Assembly (NCBI GenBank): GCA_963737655.1
Contig: CAVTTN010000002.1
Coordinates: 4,160,001 to 4,224,000, forward strand
DNA length: 64,000 nucleotides
Source: an uncultured Planctomycetota bacterium
GTDB taxonomy: Bacteria; Planctomycetota; Planctomycetia; Isosphaerales; Isosphaeraceae
Direction: 5' to 3'
Part shown: positions 9,101 to 17,156 of the stretch, one piece after another
How positions within the stretch are numbered: the first letter of the stretch is position 1
Layout of the letters: every line of letters starts with the position of its first letter
Position numbers and translations under genes: made by a program
Notes under the pieces: model-generated
Database searches by the model: none
Seen by the model: the letters and a program-made list of their open reading frames with translations, nothing else
Told to the model about the DNA's origin: nothing

Positions 9101-10609
9101 CAGCAAAAGGTCGTCCGCTGGACGCTCCTGGGCAGCATGTCGGCCGCCCCTCCCGAGTTCGACGGCCCCCCCAAGGCCCGGACCTCTCCCGAATGGGTCC
9201 TGTTCACGCCCGACGGCAAGTTCGATAGCTCGCTTCAGGGCGAGCACCTCGTCACGTTCGTTCAGGACCAGGAAGTCCGGCCGCTCGACCAGTACCTCGA
9301 ATCCCACTACCAATCCGGCCTCGGAGATTCCCTCCGGCAAGGGAAGGCGGTCCCGGCCGTCCTGACGACGCCGAAATCCTCGGTGGCGATCGACCCGCCG
9401 CCCACCGTCTCTCCCGATCGCGAAACCCGGCTGACGATCTCCATCACCGACGCGGCGCTCAAGCAACGGGACCTCCGGCTCTACCACAACGATCAGCCGG
9501 TGCAGACCGTCGAGGACTTCACTCCGGTCCCGGGGACGGATCGTCGGTTCGTGGCCACGGTCAAGCTCCGGGGCGGGACGAACCGCTTCTACGCGATGGC
9601 CGGCTCTCGCGAGGGCGTGGATACGCGGTCGAAGGACGTGCAGGTGGAGTTCGACGCGCCCGAGGACCGAGGGCGGATCCACGTCCTGGCGCTGGGGATC
9701 AGCGAGTACGCCAAGAACGCCTTGAAGTTCGCCCATGCCGACGCCCAGTCCATCGCCGAGACCCTCGGCGATCGAGCCGTCGCCGCCGGTCGATTGCCGG
9801 GCCTCCTGATCGTCCTGAAGAACACGGAGGTCGGCGAAACGCGACTCGACGCCGAGTTCCGCCGGCTCCGGGCCGAGATCCAGGGCCATCCCGAGGATAC
9901 CATCGTCGTCTTCCTCGCCGGCCATACCGGAGTGGTCAAGAAGCAGCCCGACAACCTCCGATTCAGCCTGCTGATGCCCGATTTCCCGTTCCCCGACGAG
10001 ACGCTGAAGGTCGCCTCCGTCCGGGGACCCGCCGAAGGAGTCCTCCCGGCCGACAAGGACTCGACGTATATCCCCTATTACATCCTGTCGAGGAACCTCG
10101 CGCGGATCGATGCCTTGCAGAGGCTGGTGATCGTCGATGCGTGCCAGGCCGAGGCGATCCTGAGCGACCAGGGCGTGTTGCAGGTCCAGCGGTTCATGGA
10201 AAAGGGGGCCAGGAAGGCCAAGACGTCGTACCTCCTGGCGGCCCGCCGGGGTGAGCCGGCCTACGAAGACGCGGACCTCCGCCACGGCTTGCTGACCTAC
10301 ACCCTCCTTCGCGGCCTTCAGGCGCCGAAGCTCGAACCCCTGCCCCGGGCGGTCCCCGATCTGGATCGGCTCCCCTCCGCCGATCTCGACGGCGACGGGA
10401 CGATCACGACCCAGGAGCTTCGCGACTATACCGACCAGACGCTGCCGCTCCTGGCCCAGAATTATCCCCGGGGCGACACCCGAGGCGAGGGCAGCGTCCC
10501 CCGGGGCACCGGCCCGATCTCGGCCCGGAGCCGGAAGCTCTGGCTTCGCTCGGCCGACGTCTCCTTCCCCCTGCTCTCCGGGGGCTCCAAGCCCAAACCG
10601 GCCGAGTAG
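6182..10609 (+). CDS. Exported caspase-like (peptidase C14) / WD40 propeller / caspase-like protein
   Basis: Signal peptide MRRSLIAVALTLCVGQPAGA; N-domain AVLVGV..FAFAGHG..LMDTS; many WD40 repeats (GH...SSEDSTVRLW, SGSDDTTVRLW); C-domain LALGISEY..FLAGHTG..IVDACQA..HGLLTYTLL. Confidence 0.88.
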   Translation: MRRSLIAVALTLCVGQPAGAQAPIAAPADRPPQVWAVLVGVQKYDDPAIPACAGAVADEVALAGWLQKSARWDSANILRMDEFGQPTHGLPSLPVGNLRPTRENLDFALKGWLRYRVRPGDVVVFAFAGHGAVAPADPGAKAEAPREILLPIDARKSDLARTGWSPEDGLDELATLSPRAVLCLMDTSLHGRGQTVAPPDDPKATLRFLRRLARWPGVSAWMAADGRPSAGPGPGPNSHGPLTAALLRGLGDSPNNVRAALNVIFSDETLKAQGFRPIGGVAPEVTLWPSQLKRPELFVPRLLLQQGHAAAITGMVATPDGEELITSSEDSTVRLWRLSDRKLLRVFGDHLVGVKAVGMTTDGHLMASGDGKGRINVRDLTRPIEMGMKSVPRQPHSVAIEAIEFLPEGRAFVTLDAKGNTVAWDASAAEIATRPLMEVACRRLATATLPGPVALVVVGSDGQVRLFGKDLAAVGVLDGPPERVTALALSPDGTRAAAGDDSGQLWIYDLKTKTVTAKPKFEETVGLLKFSEDGRLLVASGDGLTVFDPDRNGARTALEFDGPAASASFSRDGRWLAALSKIGTLHLWSFGADGRPSRTVLAGAEGAGSFRSVAIAADSRTVLAGEASGGFRQWELPDGGLRSRVASHRGRVRSLAVAKGEDGQGRYLLQITHDGIAQLWDLQEIKDGQTVRTLQGLWTSAAFLPGDASKLLMTRDADSGGTVVMVEADSGKVVREYPRPPSADGGVSEIDFDRVTVSPDGARVAAAAADGRRPIVCVWKIEGGPPAVLARHTGSPTVVAFSSDAKSLLTAGKDGLTMLWDMAKAPEVAPVILAASVPGEVITAAALAPAGPTRIVTCRYSADDYKTRIETWDLPPNGGKPTPMPVPGGLIEGMVPALAFTADGRWLAASGQNRTMNVWETTNGGRKLAVRPNQFHDEQVNALVGWPKGAMFASGSDDTTVRLWAPEAARPEDQQKVVRWTLLGSMSAAPPEFDGPPKARTSPEWVLFTPDGKFDSSLQGEHLVTFVQDQEVRPLDQYLESHYQSGLGDSLRQGKAVPAVLTTPKSSVAIDPPPTVSPDRETRLTISITDAALKQRDLRLYHNDQPVQTVEDFTPVPGTDRRFVATVKLRGGTNRFYAMAGSREGVDTRSKDVQVEFDAPEDRGRIHVLALGISEYAKNALKFAHADAQSIAETLGDRAVAAGRLPGLLIVLKNTEVGETRLDAEFRRLRAEIQGHPEDTIVVFLAGHTGVVKKQPDNLRFSLLMPDFPFPDETLKVASVRGPAEGVLPADKDSTYIPYYILSRNLARIDALQRLVIVDACQAEAILSDQGVLQVQRFMEKGARKAKTSYLLAARRGEPAYEDADLRHGLLTYTLLRGLQAPKLEPLPRAVPDLDRLPSADLDGDGTITTQELRDYTDQTLPLLAQNYPRGDTRGEGSVPRGTGPISARSRKLWLRSADVSFPLLSGGSKPKPAE

Positions 10610-10634
10610 GGTCGGGGAACCGCACGAGCGTCGC

Positions 10635-11132
10635 TCATCGGCCCCCAGTCAACGCGGCGCCGATCTGCCGGAGCTCGGCGGCCTCGGCGGCCTGGCCGAG
10701 GGCGTCGTGACAGGCGATCAGGCCGTCGAGGGCGTCGTAAAACGGCCGGTTTCCGGGCAGATTCGGGGGCAAGAGCCCCCGGAAATCGCCCGGGATCGCC
10801 TTCCTCGCCAGCTCGAACGCATAGCCGAAATGGCCCCGGGCGAGTGAAGGATCCTTCGACGCCTCCAGGGCGATCCGCCCGAGCGCGGCGTGGACCCAGA
10901 GATTATCGCCGCAGCCCTGGAGCGCGAACCGGAGGGCGTCGCGGGCCTCCTCCGGCTCGCCGGCCTTCCAGATCTCGACCCCTTCCTCATAGTCGGGCCG
11001 CATCTCCTCGACGCATCGGGGATGGACCAGCTCGAATCGGTCGCCACCCACCCGACGCAGCCCGAGGCCGCCGGTCCGCCTCGGCGTCGGCGATCCCCTC
11101 GGCGCCCCCCCGAACGATCGACCATCCTCCAC
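10635..11132 (-). CDS. Conserved hypothetical helical (TPR-like) protein
   Basis: ORF with globular composition (EARDALRFAL, NLWVHAALGRIALE, ARGHFGYAFEL, NRPFYDAL); start uncertain. Confidence 0.7.
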   Translation of the reverse strand: MEDGRSFGGAPRGSPTPRRTGGLGLRRVGGDRFELVHPRCVEEMRPDYEEGVEIWKAGEPEEARDALRFALQGCGDNLWVHAALGRIALEASKDPSLARGHFGYAFELARKAIPGDFRGLLPPNLPGNRPFYDALDGLIACHDALGQAAEAAELRQIGAALTGGR

Positions 11133-11195
11133 CCCCTACTTCTCGCAGTCTGCTCGCCTTGGTCCTCATCCTACGATCCTGGCGACGTCGTGGAA

Positions 11196-11412
11196 ATGGG
11201 GGAAAATGGTGTCAGATCGATTTTTTGCGCGGAAAAATCGATCTGACATCATCTGTAGAAAACCCGGTGATGGAGAGGAAACGAGTCGGTCCGACTTCAG
11301 TCGGGCCTACACGAAGGTCTTGCTTTGTAGGCCCGACTGAAGTCGGACCGACTCGTTTCCTCATTCTCGATGGGGTTTTCTACAGAACAGATCTGACACC
11401 ATTTTTCCCCAT
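11196..11412. mobile_element. Nested REPIN/MITE-like palindromic element, copy 1
   Basis: Outer hairpin ATGGTGTCAGATCGATTTT...AAAATCGATCTGACA; inner element TCTGTAGAAAACCC...GGGTTTTCTACAGA with perfect 37-bp inverted arms (11275-11311 / 11326-11362); homologous copy at 47294-47494. Confidence 0.8.
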
Positions 11413-11431
11413 GTCCCGTTCGGCTCCGGCC

Positions 11432-14236
11432 TCAGGTCCCGGACTCGACGGGGTCCAGCGCCTGGTTGCCTTCGACGGTCCCGGAGAGTTCGGCCTCCAT
11501 CTCGCGGAGTTCCTTGGACTCGACCTTGCTCCGGTAGACCGCGTAGCCGACGATCGCCACGCCCAGGAAGCCGACGGCGTAGAAGAGCATCCAGGGGAGG
11601 CTCCACCTGGGCTCTTTGCTGAAGGCGATGATCGGGGCGATCGCCAGGAGGGCCACCATGTTCATGACCTTGATCAGGGGGTTCAGCGCCGGGCCGGCGG
11701 TGTCCTTCAGCGGGTCGCCGACGGTGTCGCCCGTGACGGCCGCCTTATGCTTCTCCGAGCCCTTGCCCGTGAGCTCGGTCCGGGGTTCATCCTCGATCAG
11801 CTTCTTGGCGTTGTCCCAGGCCCCTCCGGCATTGGCCATGAACACGGCCAGGAGCTGGCCGACGATGATCATCCCCGCGAGATAGCCGCCCAGAGCATAG
11901 GGCCCGAGGAAGATCCCGACGAGGATCGGCGCGACCAGGGCGAGTAAGCCGGGCCCGATCAGCTCTCCCTGGGCCGCCGCGGTGCAGATATTCACGACCC
12001 GGCCGTAATCCGGCGTCTTCGTCCCGGCCCAGATCTCCTGGTCGCGGAACTGGAGCCGGCATTCCTTGACGATCAGGAACGCGGCGCGACCGACGGCGCG
12101 GATCAGCATCGAGCTGAACAGGAACGGCACCGTCCCGCCGATCAGGGCGCCGATGAAGACTTCCGGCTGGGCGATCGAGAGACGCGCGGCCTCCGCGGCG
12201 TATTGCTCCGTGGTCATCTGGTCGATCTTCGACTCGCTCCCCACCGCGATCACCGCGATGAAGGAGGCGAACAGGCTGACCGCCGCGATCACGGCCGAGC
12301 CGATCGCGATCCCCTTGGTCTCGGCCTTCGTCGTGTTGCCCACGGCGTCGAGATCGGCGAGGATCTGCCGGGCCCGCGCGTAGTTCACCTCGCCCATCTC
12401 TTCGCGATCGTAGCCCATCTCGCCGATCCCGTTGGCGTTGTCGGCCACGGGGCCGAAGACGTCCATGCTGATCGTATTGCCGGTCAGCGTGAGCATCCCG
12501 ATCCCGCACATCGCCACGCCGTAGGCCACGAAGATGGCGCTCGCCCCCGCGTAGATCACGACGGAGAAGAAGATCGCCGCCGCGATCACGAGTGCGGCCA
12601 CCACCGTCGATTCATAGCCGACGGCGAACCCCTGGATGATGTTCGTCGCGTGGCCGGTCTGGCACGCCTTGGCCAGCGACTTGACCGGTTCGTAATGGGT
12701 ATGGGTGTAGTAGCTCGTGACCTTGTTCAGGGCCAGCGCCAGGACGATCCCGACGAGGCAAGTCAGCGCCGGCCGGAGGTCCAGACCGCCCCAGACCCCG
12801 AGGTTGGACCAGAACGCCTGCTTGTCGGCCAGGATCTTGCCCTCGTAGGATGTCTTGACCCATCCTCGGAAATCGGCGTGGGCCTTTCCGGCCTCATACG
12901 CGGCCTTGACCGAGGGGAGGCCGGGGGCGGCGGTGTCCATCGTGTCGACGACCCTGGCCCTCGCTTCTCCGTAAGTCAGCTTCCACGAATCGAAGGCCCG
13001 GCCGTCTCGGCCGGCGTCGAACGCGGACCTCGCCGCGTCGAACTCGTCGGTCACCGCGTAGCCGCCGAGCGCCTGGGGGTATTCCCTCATGTACTTGTCA
13101 TTGAAGTGCAAGTAGCCGGCCCCCAGCGCGAAGAACCCGGCCACGCTGATGAGCGACCCGATGATGAACCCGCGATGGACCGAGTGCAGCGCCTCGTCGC
13201 TCGTGCTGTTCGGCCCCGCCTTGACCGTGTAGGTGCTGATGATCGAACCGAGGACGCCGATCGCCCGGACCAGCAGCGGGAAGATCACGCCCTTGTGGCC
13301 GAAGCTGGCGTAGCCGAGGATCATCGCGGCGACGATCGTGACCTCGTAACTCTCGAAGATGTCGGCGGCCATCCCGGCGCAGTCGCCGACGTTGTCGCCG
13401 ACGTTGTCGGCGATCGTGGCGGCGTTGCGGGGGTCGTCCTCGGGGATGTTCGCCTCGACCTTGCCCACGAGGTCGGCGCCCACGTCGGCGGCCTTGGTGT
13501 AGATGCCCCCGCCGACCCTCATGAAGAGGGCGAGGAGCGTCCCGCCGAAGCCGAATCCGAGGAGCACCTCATAGGCGTGCTCGCCGAAGGCCATGAAGAT
13601 CACCGTGCCTCCGAGGAGACCGAGGCCGTCGGTGAGCATCCCGGTGATCGTCCCGGTCCGGTAGCCGAGCTGAAGGGCGCCTCCGTAGCTGGTCCTCGCC
13701 GCGGCGGCCACCCGGAGGTTCCCTCGGACCGCCAGGCTCATCCCCACGAAGCCGACCAGCCACGAGAACGTGGCCCCGACGAAGAACGCCGCGACCCGGC
13801 CGATCTTGACGGCCCCGGCCTCGGGAGAAACGTCGCCGGTCGTCGCGAAGTAGAGGACCGCGCAGAGCAGGAACACGAGGAAGATGATCGCCTTGAACTG
13901 CCTCCAGAGGTAGGCATTCGCGCCCAGGCGGATCGCTCGGGCGACCTCCTTCATCTTCGTCGTGCCCTGGTCGGCCCCCAGGACCTGGCCCACCAGTCCC
14001 GCTGCATAGAGCAGGCCCGCCACGGCCACGCCCAGGACGACCACCAGGCCCCATTTCTCGAAGCCCTGATAGCTCGGGTCGTTCCAGAAGCTGAAGAGCC
14101 GGAACGCCTTCGCGGGGGGCGGCGCCATCTCCGACCCGACCGCCGCGCGGATCACTTCCTCGGCCCGAGCCGGCCCGGCCCAGGCCGAGACCGCCCCGAG
14201 GAGGGCCAGGATCACCACGATACGCCTTCGTCGCAT
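11432..14236 (-). CDS. hppA: Membrane-bound pyrophosphatase, K+-independent H+-translocating type
   Basis: GGGIYTKAADVGADLVGKVE, DDPRN, DNVGDNVGD, GGAWDNAKK, GDTVGDPLKD; GNTTKA carries the Lys that marks K+-independent enzymes. Confidence 0.93.
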   Translation of the reverse strand: MRRRRIVVILALLGAVSAWAGPARAEEVIRAAVGSEMAPPPAKAFRLFSFWNDPSYQGFEKWGLVVVLGVAVAGLLYAAGLVGQVLGADQGTTKMKEVARAIRLGANAYLWRQFKAIIFLVFLLCAVLYFATTGDVSPEAGAVKIGRVAAFFVGATFSWLVGFVGMSLAVRGNLRVAAAARTSYGGALQLGYRTGTITGMLTDGLGLLGGTVIFMAFGEHAYEVLLGFGFGGTLLALFMRVGGGIYTKAADVGADLVGKVEANIPEDDPRNAATIADNVGDNVGDCAGMAADIFESYEVTIVAAMILGYASFGHKGVIFPLLVRAIGVLGSIISTYTVKAGPNSTSDEALHSVHRGFIIGSLISVAGFFALGAGYLHFNDKYMREYPQALGGYAVTDEFDAARSAFDAGRDGRAFDSWKLTYGEARARVVDTMDTAAPGLPSVKAAYEAGKAHADFRGWVKTSYEGKILADKQAFWSNLGVWGGLDLRPALTCLVGIVLALALNKVTSYYTHTHYEPVKSLAKACQTGHATNIIQGFAVGYESTVVAALVIAAAIFFSVVIYAGASAIFVAYGVAMCGIGMLTLTGNTISMDVFGPVADNANGIGEMGYDREEMGEVNYARARQILADLDAVGNTTKAETKGIAIGSAVIAAVSLFASFIAVIAVGSESKIDQMTTEQYAAEAARLSIAQPEVFIGALIGGTVPFLFSSMLIRAVGRAAFLIVKECRLQFRDQEIWAGTKTPDYGRVVNICTAAAQGELIGPGLLALVAPILVGIFLGPYALGGYLAGMIIVGQLLAVFMANAGGAWDNAKKLIEDEPRTELTGKGSEKHKAAVTGDTVGDPLKDTAGPALNPLIKVMNMVALLAIAPIIAFSKEPRWSLPWMLFYAVGFLGVAIVGYAVYRSKVESKELREMEAELSGTVEGNQALDPVESGT

Positions 14237-14438
14237 GAGGATGCCTCCGCCTGGATTCCCGGGACGAGGGGACGATGCGACCCCGAGACGGCGTCCGTTC
14301 CCGGGACATCGCCACGACGCGCCTCGAATTCCACTTTCAAACGAGAAGACCGGCGATGTGCCGGGTGACTAGCACGGATTAGACACCACGCCGAGACCCC
14401 GGGGAAGTGCCTACTTCCCGGTCCGTGCCGGGGGTCCT

Positions 14439-14459
14439 GGAGGGTGCATGACGTCCACC
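14439..14459 (+). repeat. Degenerate GTAG-family REP copy
   Basis: GGAGGGTGCATGACGTCCACC matches GTAGGGTGCATGAAATGCACC (55530) at 17 of 21 positions. Confidence 0.45.
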
Positions 14460-14526
14460 CATCCGACGGAGACCAACCGGCCGCTCCCCCTGCGTCCGGC
14501 GGGCTCAAGGTCGGGAACCAGGGGCT

Positions 14527-15552
14527 TCATCGCCCCAGCTTCTTGGCGACCTCCGAGAGGTCCACATACTGGAACCCGCCGCCGGTGGAGATCGCCAGAC
14601 GACGCAACGGGCCCGAGGCGCCCAGGTCCGGGCCGTCGCCGAACTGGATGGCCTGGATCTGGATGCTTCCGGAGTCGCTTCGAAGCCGGTCCACGTCCTC
14701 GTCGGCCATCCTCTCGGCGTCGGTCAGGAAGAAGACGACTTCCGGCTTCAGGGCGAACGCCTCGTGGAGGGCCAAAACGTGGTCGGTCCCGCCGTCGGAT
14801 CGAATCGTCGAGAGCAGGGTGCGGACCCTCGCCTTGTTCTCCCGGGTGGCGGGCATCAGGCTCCGGCGACCCTCCGCGTCGGTCAAGACGTTCGCCTTCA
14901 TGTTGTAGAAGACCACCGCGAACCGGGCGTCGGGCGGGAGCTGGTCGAGACTGGCGAGCAACTCCCGCTTCGCCAGGAGCAACGCGCCTCGGTTGGTCAT
15001 GCTGCCCGAACAATCAATCACATAAGCGAACGAACCACCACGGGCCCTCGCGCCGAAGAACTCGGTCCCTGGGCCGACCCCCCGACCGATCCCTCCGCCG
15101 GAGCCTCCGCCGGAGCCGCCCCCGCCGCCGTCTCCCGGGCCGGGCAGGATTCCCACCCCGGTCGTGGCCGGTCCGGGGAGGGCCTTCTCGGCCGCGGGAT
15201 CGGCCTTCGGGGTGGAGAAGACGTCGGCCAGGAGGGCCTCGGCCGCCGGGTCCTTCGTCGTTCCTTCGGGAGATCGGCCGTCGGCGACGATCCGTGCCGA
15301 TTCCAGGGGGGCGGTTCCGCCGATTGCCCCCGGCCCTCCTCCTCCGGTTTCGGCCGGGGCGCGGTTGTCCACCGGCCCCACTTCGGCATGAAGCACTTCC
15401 GGCGGCGAGGGCACCGACGGCGCCGCCACCTTCAACGCGACGAGCATCCCCAGGACGATCAACGCGACATGGAACACGGCCGACGTCCCGAGCGATCGCG
15501 GATCGGTCAACGGGGTTTCGCCGTTCGGGATCGGGAGCCGGAGCCGTTCCAT
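14527..15552 (-). CDS. Membrane-anchored vWA domain protein with Pro/Gly-rich linker
   Basis: N-terminal TM (SAVFHVALIVLGMLVAL), Pro/Gly linker, MIDAS VIDCSGS..GGT..FLTD. Confidence 0.85.
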   Translation of the reverse strand: MERLRLPIPNGETPLTDPRSLGTSAVFHVALIVLGMLVALKVAAPSVPSPPEVLHAEVGPVDNRAPAETGGGGPGAIGGTAPLESARIVADGRSPEGTTKDPAAEALLADVFSTPKADPAAEKALPGPATTGVGILPGPGDGGGGGSGGGSGGGIGRGVGPGTEFFGARARGGSFAYVIDCSGSMTNRGALLLAKRELLASLDQLPPDARFAVVFYNMKANVLTDAEGRRSLMPATRENKARVRTLLSTIRSDGGTDHVLALHEAFALKPEVVFFLTDAERMADEDVDRLRSDSGSIQIQAIQFGDGPDLGASGPLRRLAISTGGGFQYVDLSEVAKKLGR

Positions 15553-15558
15553 CGCCGA

Positions 15559-16170
15559 TCACCCTCCTTCGGTTTCGGCCGGGCCGTCGAGAAACTGCGG
15601 AGGGACCTCGGGCGTCGGCCTCTTCGGGGGGGGGCGTCGGAGGTGCATCCTCGCGATCCAGAGGACGACCACCGCGCCGGCCGCCCCGGCAATCATCCAA
15701 TCCAGCCAGTCGCCCCGGACACGTCCCGCCGAGGTTCCGGTCGTCGCGACCACCCGGGGCGGACCGGGGCCGACCACGAGCGGGGCGACCCGGCGGACGT
15801 CCCCGGAAAGGTACGTGATCCGTCCCAGCGAAGTGCCCTCGAACTCAGCCGTGTCGCCCAGGGCTGGGAGGGTGTTCCGATCGGGAGCGACGGTGCAAAT
15901 CAGGTCGCCTGCGGGGGTGGCGAGCCAGGTTTCGAGCCTCGCCGGGAGCTCGCCCGAGGCCCCGGCCCGGAACGTCCGCACGACGCGGCCTTCGACGCTC
16001 ACGGATCGACCCCGAAACTCGTCCGGCCGGTCCCAGAGGTCGTGAAATGCAACGTTCCGAGGAGCGGTTTCGATCGCTCGGGACAAGGAGGCACGGTATT
16101 CGGGAAGCTCGGCGAGGGACAGGCCGACCTCGGCGTCTCCGATCGTCAGCAGGAGGAGAAGGGCGATCAT
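15559..16170 (-). CDS. Hypothetical membrane protein (possible OB-fold, C-terminal TM)
   Basis: Start MIALLLLL overlaps the upstream stop; FRGRSVSVEGRV strand pattern; C-terminal hydrophobic helix. Confidence 0.65.
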   Translation of the reverse strand: MIALLLLLTIGDAEVGLSLAELPEYRASLSRAIETAPRNVAFHDLWDRPDEFRGRSVSVEGRVVRTFRAGASGELPARLETWLATPAGDLICTVAPDRNTLPALGDTAEFEGTSLGRITYLSGDVRRVAPLVVGPGPPRVVATTGTSAGRVRGDWLDWMIAGAAGAVVVLWIARMHLRRPPPKRPTPEVPPQFLDGPAETEGG

Positions 16171-16655
16171 GACGGCCCCTTCCCCGACGAGGAAAGCCGG
16201 ATCGAGTCCACCCCCGCCGCCGAGCACGCCCCGATGATCCGGGCCGCTTCTTCATAGAGGAGCGAATCGTCGGCCACGAGCCGGACCCTCAAGGGCTGCC
16301 CCGCCAGGACGCCTCGATACCGCCCCAGCCGCTCGCCCAGGGCTTCCGGCGACTCGATCGGCGCCTCGCCGAGCCGGAGCGTTCGAAGCTTGCCCGAGGC
16401 GTCCGCCTCGGCCCGGACCAGGAGATCGGTCTCCTGATCGACCTCGTTCGCCGGCGCGGCCGAGCGAACCCGCCCACCGGGCGAGGCCGGCAAGGCCGCG
16501 GGCGTGGAGGGGAGATACAGGTCGATCTTCGCCTCGCGAGACGGCGCGCGGAAAGTCAGGATGAAGAACGCGAGGAGCTGAAAGGCCATGTCCAGGAACG
16601 GCGTGACGGGGAAGGCTACCTCGTCGGGCGGCCCGGGCCGCTTGGATCGTCTCAT
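16167..16655 (-). CDS. exbD: Biopolymer transporter ExbD/TolR family
   Basis: VTPFLDMAFQLLAFFILTF TM with the conserved Asp; LVADDSLLYE; ATGA coupling to the upstream gene. Confidence 0.88.
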   Translation of the reverse strand: MRRSKRPGPPDEVAFPVTPFLDMAFQLLAFFILTFRAPSREAKIDLYLPSTPAALPASPGGRVRSAAPANEVDQETDLLVRAEADASGKLRTLRLGEAPIESPEALGERLGRYRGVLAGQPLRVRLVADDSLLYEEAARIIGACSAAGVDSIRLSSSGKGPS

Positions 16656-17128
16656 GGCCGGGCCTCCCCGATCACCAGGAGGCTGAAGCGGGCGAATCCG
16701 CCCTCCTGGGCCGTCGAGAGGACGCGGCGGACCATTCCATACGACGCCCCTCGGTCGGCCCGGATCACGACGACCGTCGGCAGTTCGTCCGCCGGGCCGC
16801 CGCCGACGATCCGATGCCCTTCCCGCCGGGTTCGGCCCTGCTCGCTCCACCAGGACGCGGCGTCCTTCCCCGATCGGGGCGGGTCCTGATCGACGAGCAA
16901 CCGCCCGTCCCGATCGACGGCCACGACCAACCGATCCAGCCCCATCTCGGCCCCCGGGAGCGCCGCGGCCGTCGTCGGCAGACGAATGGCGGCCGTCTCC
17001 CCCTCGATCTTCGAGCCGAAGTGGACGAGCATCATGAAGAACGTGATGAGCTGAAGGACCACGTCCAGCAGGGGCGTGAGGTTCAGCTCGAAGTTGTCGG
17101 GGCCGGACCCCCGGACTCGTCGCCTCAT
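16652..17128 (-). CDS. exbD: Biopolymer transporter ExbD/TolR family
   Basis: NLTPLLDVVLQLITFFMM; VIRADRGASYGMV. Confidence 0.9.
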   Translation of the reverse strand: MRRRVRGSGPDNFELNLTPLLDVVLQLITFFMMLVHFGSKIEGETAAIRLPTTAAALPGAEMGLDRLVVAVDRDGRLLVDQDPPRSGKDAASWWSEQGRTRREGHRIVGGGPADELPTVVVIRADRGASYGMVRRVLSTAQEGGFARFSLLVIGEARP

Positions 17129-17156
17129 GACGGCGGACCTCGGCTCGAAAGCGGTT

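Noticed and set aside
10468..10476. RGD integrin-binding motif in the caspase tail
   Set aside because: A three-residue motif expected by chance in GC-rich coding DNA.
14237..14526. Riboswitch upstream of hppA
   Set aside because: Hairpins are present but I recognise no riboswitch consensus; an Rfam/Infernal scan would be needed.
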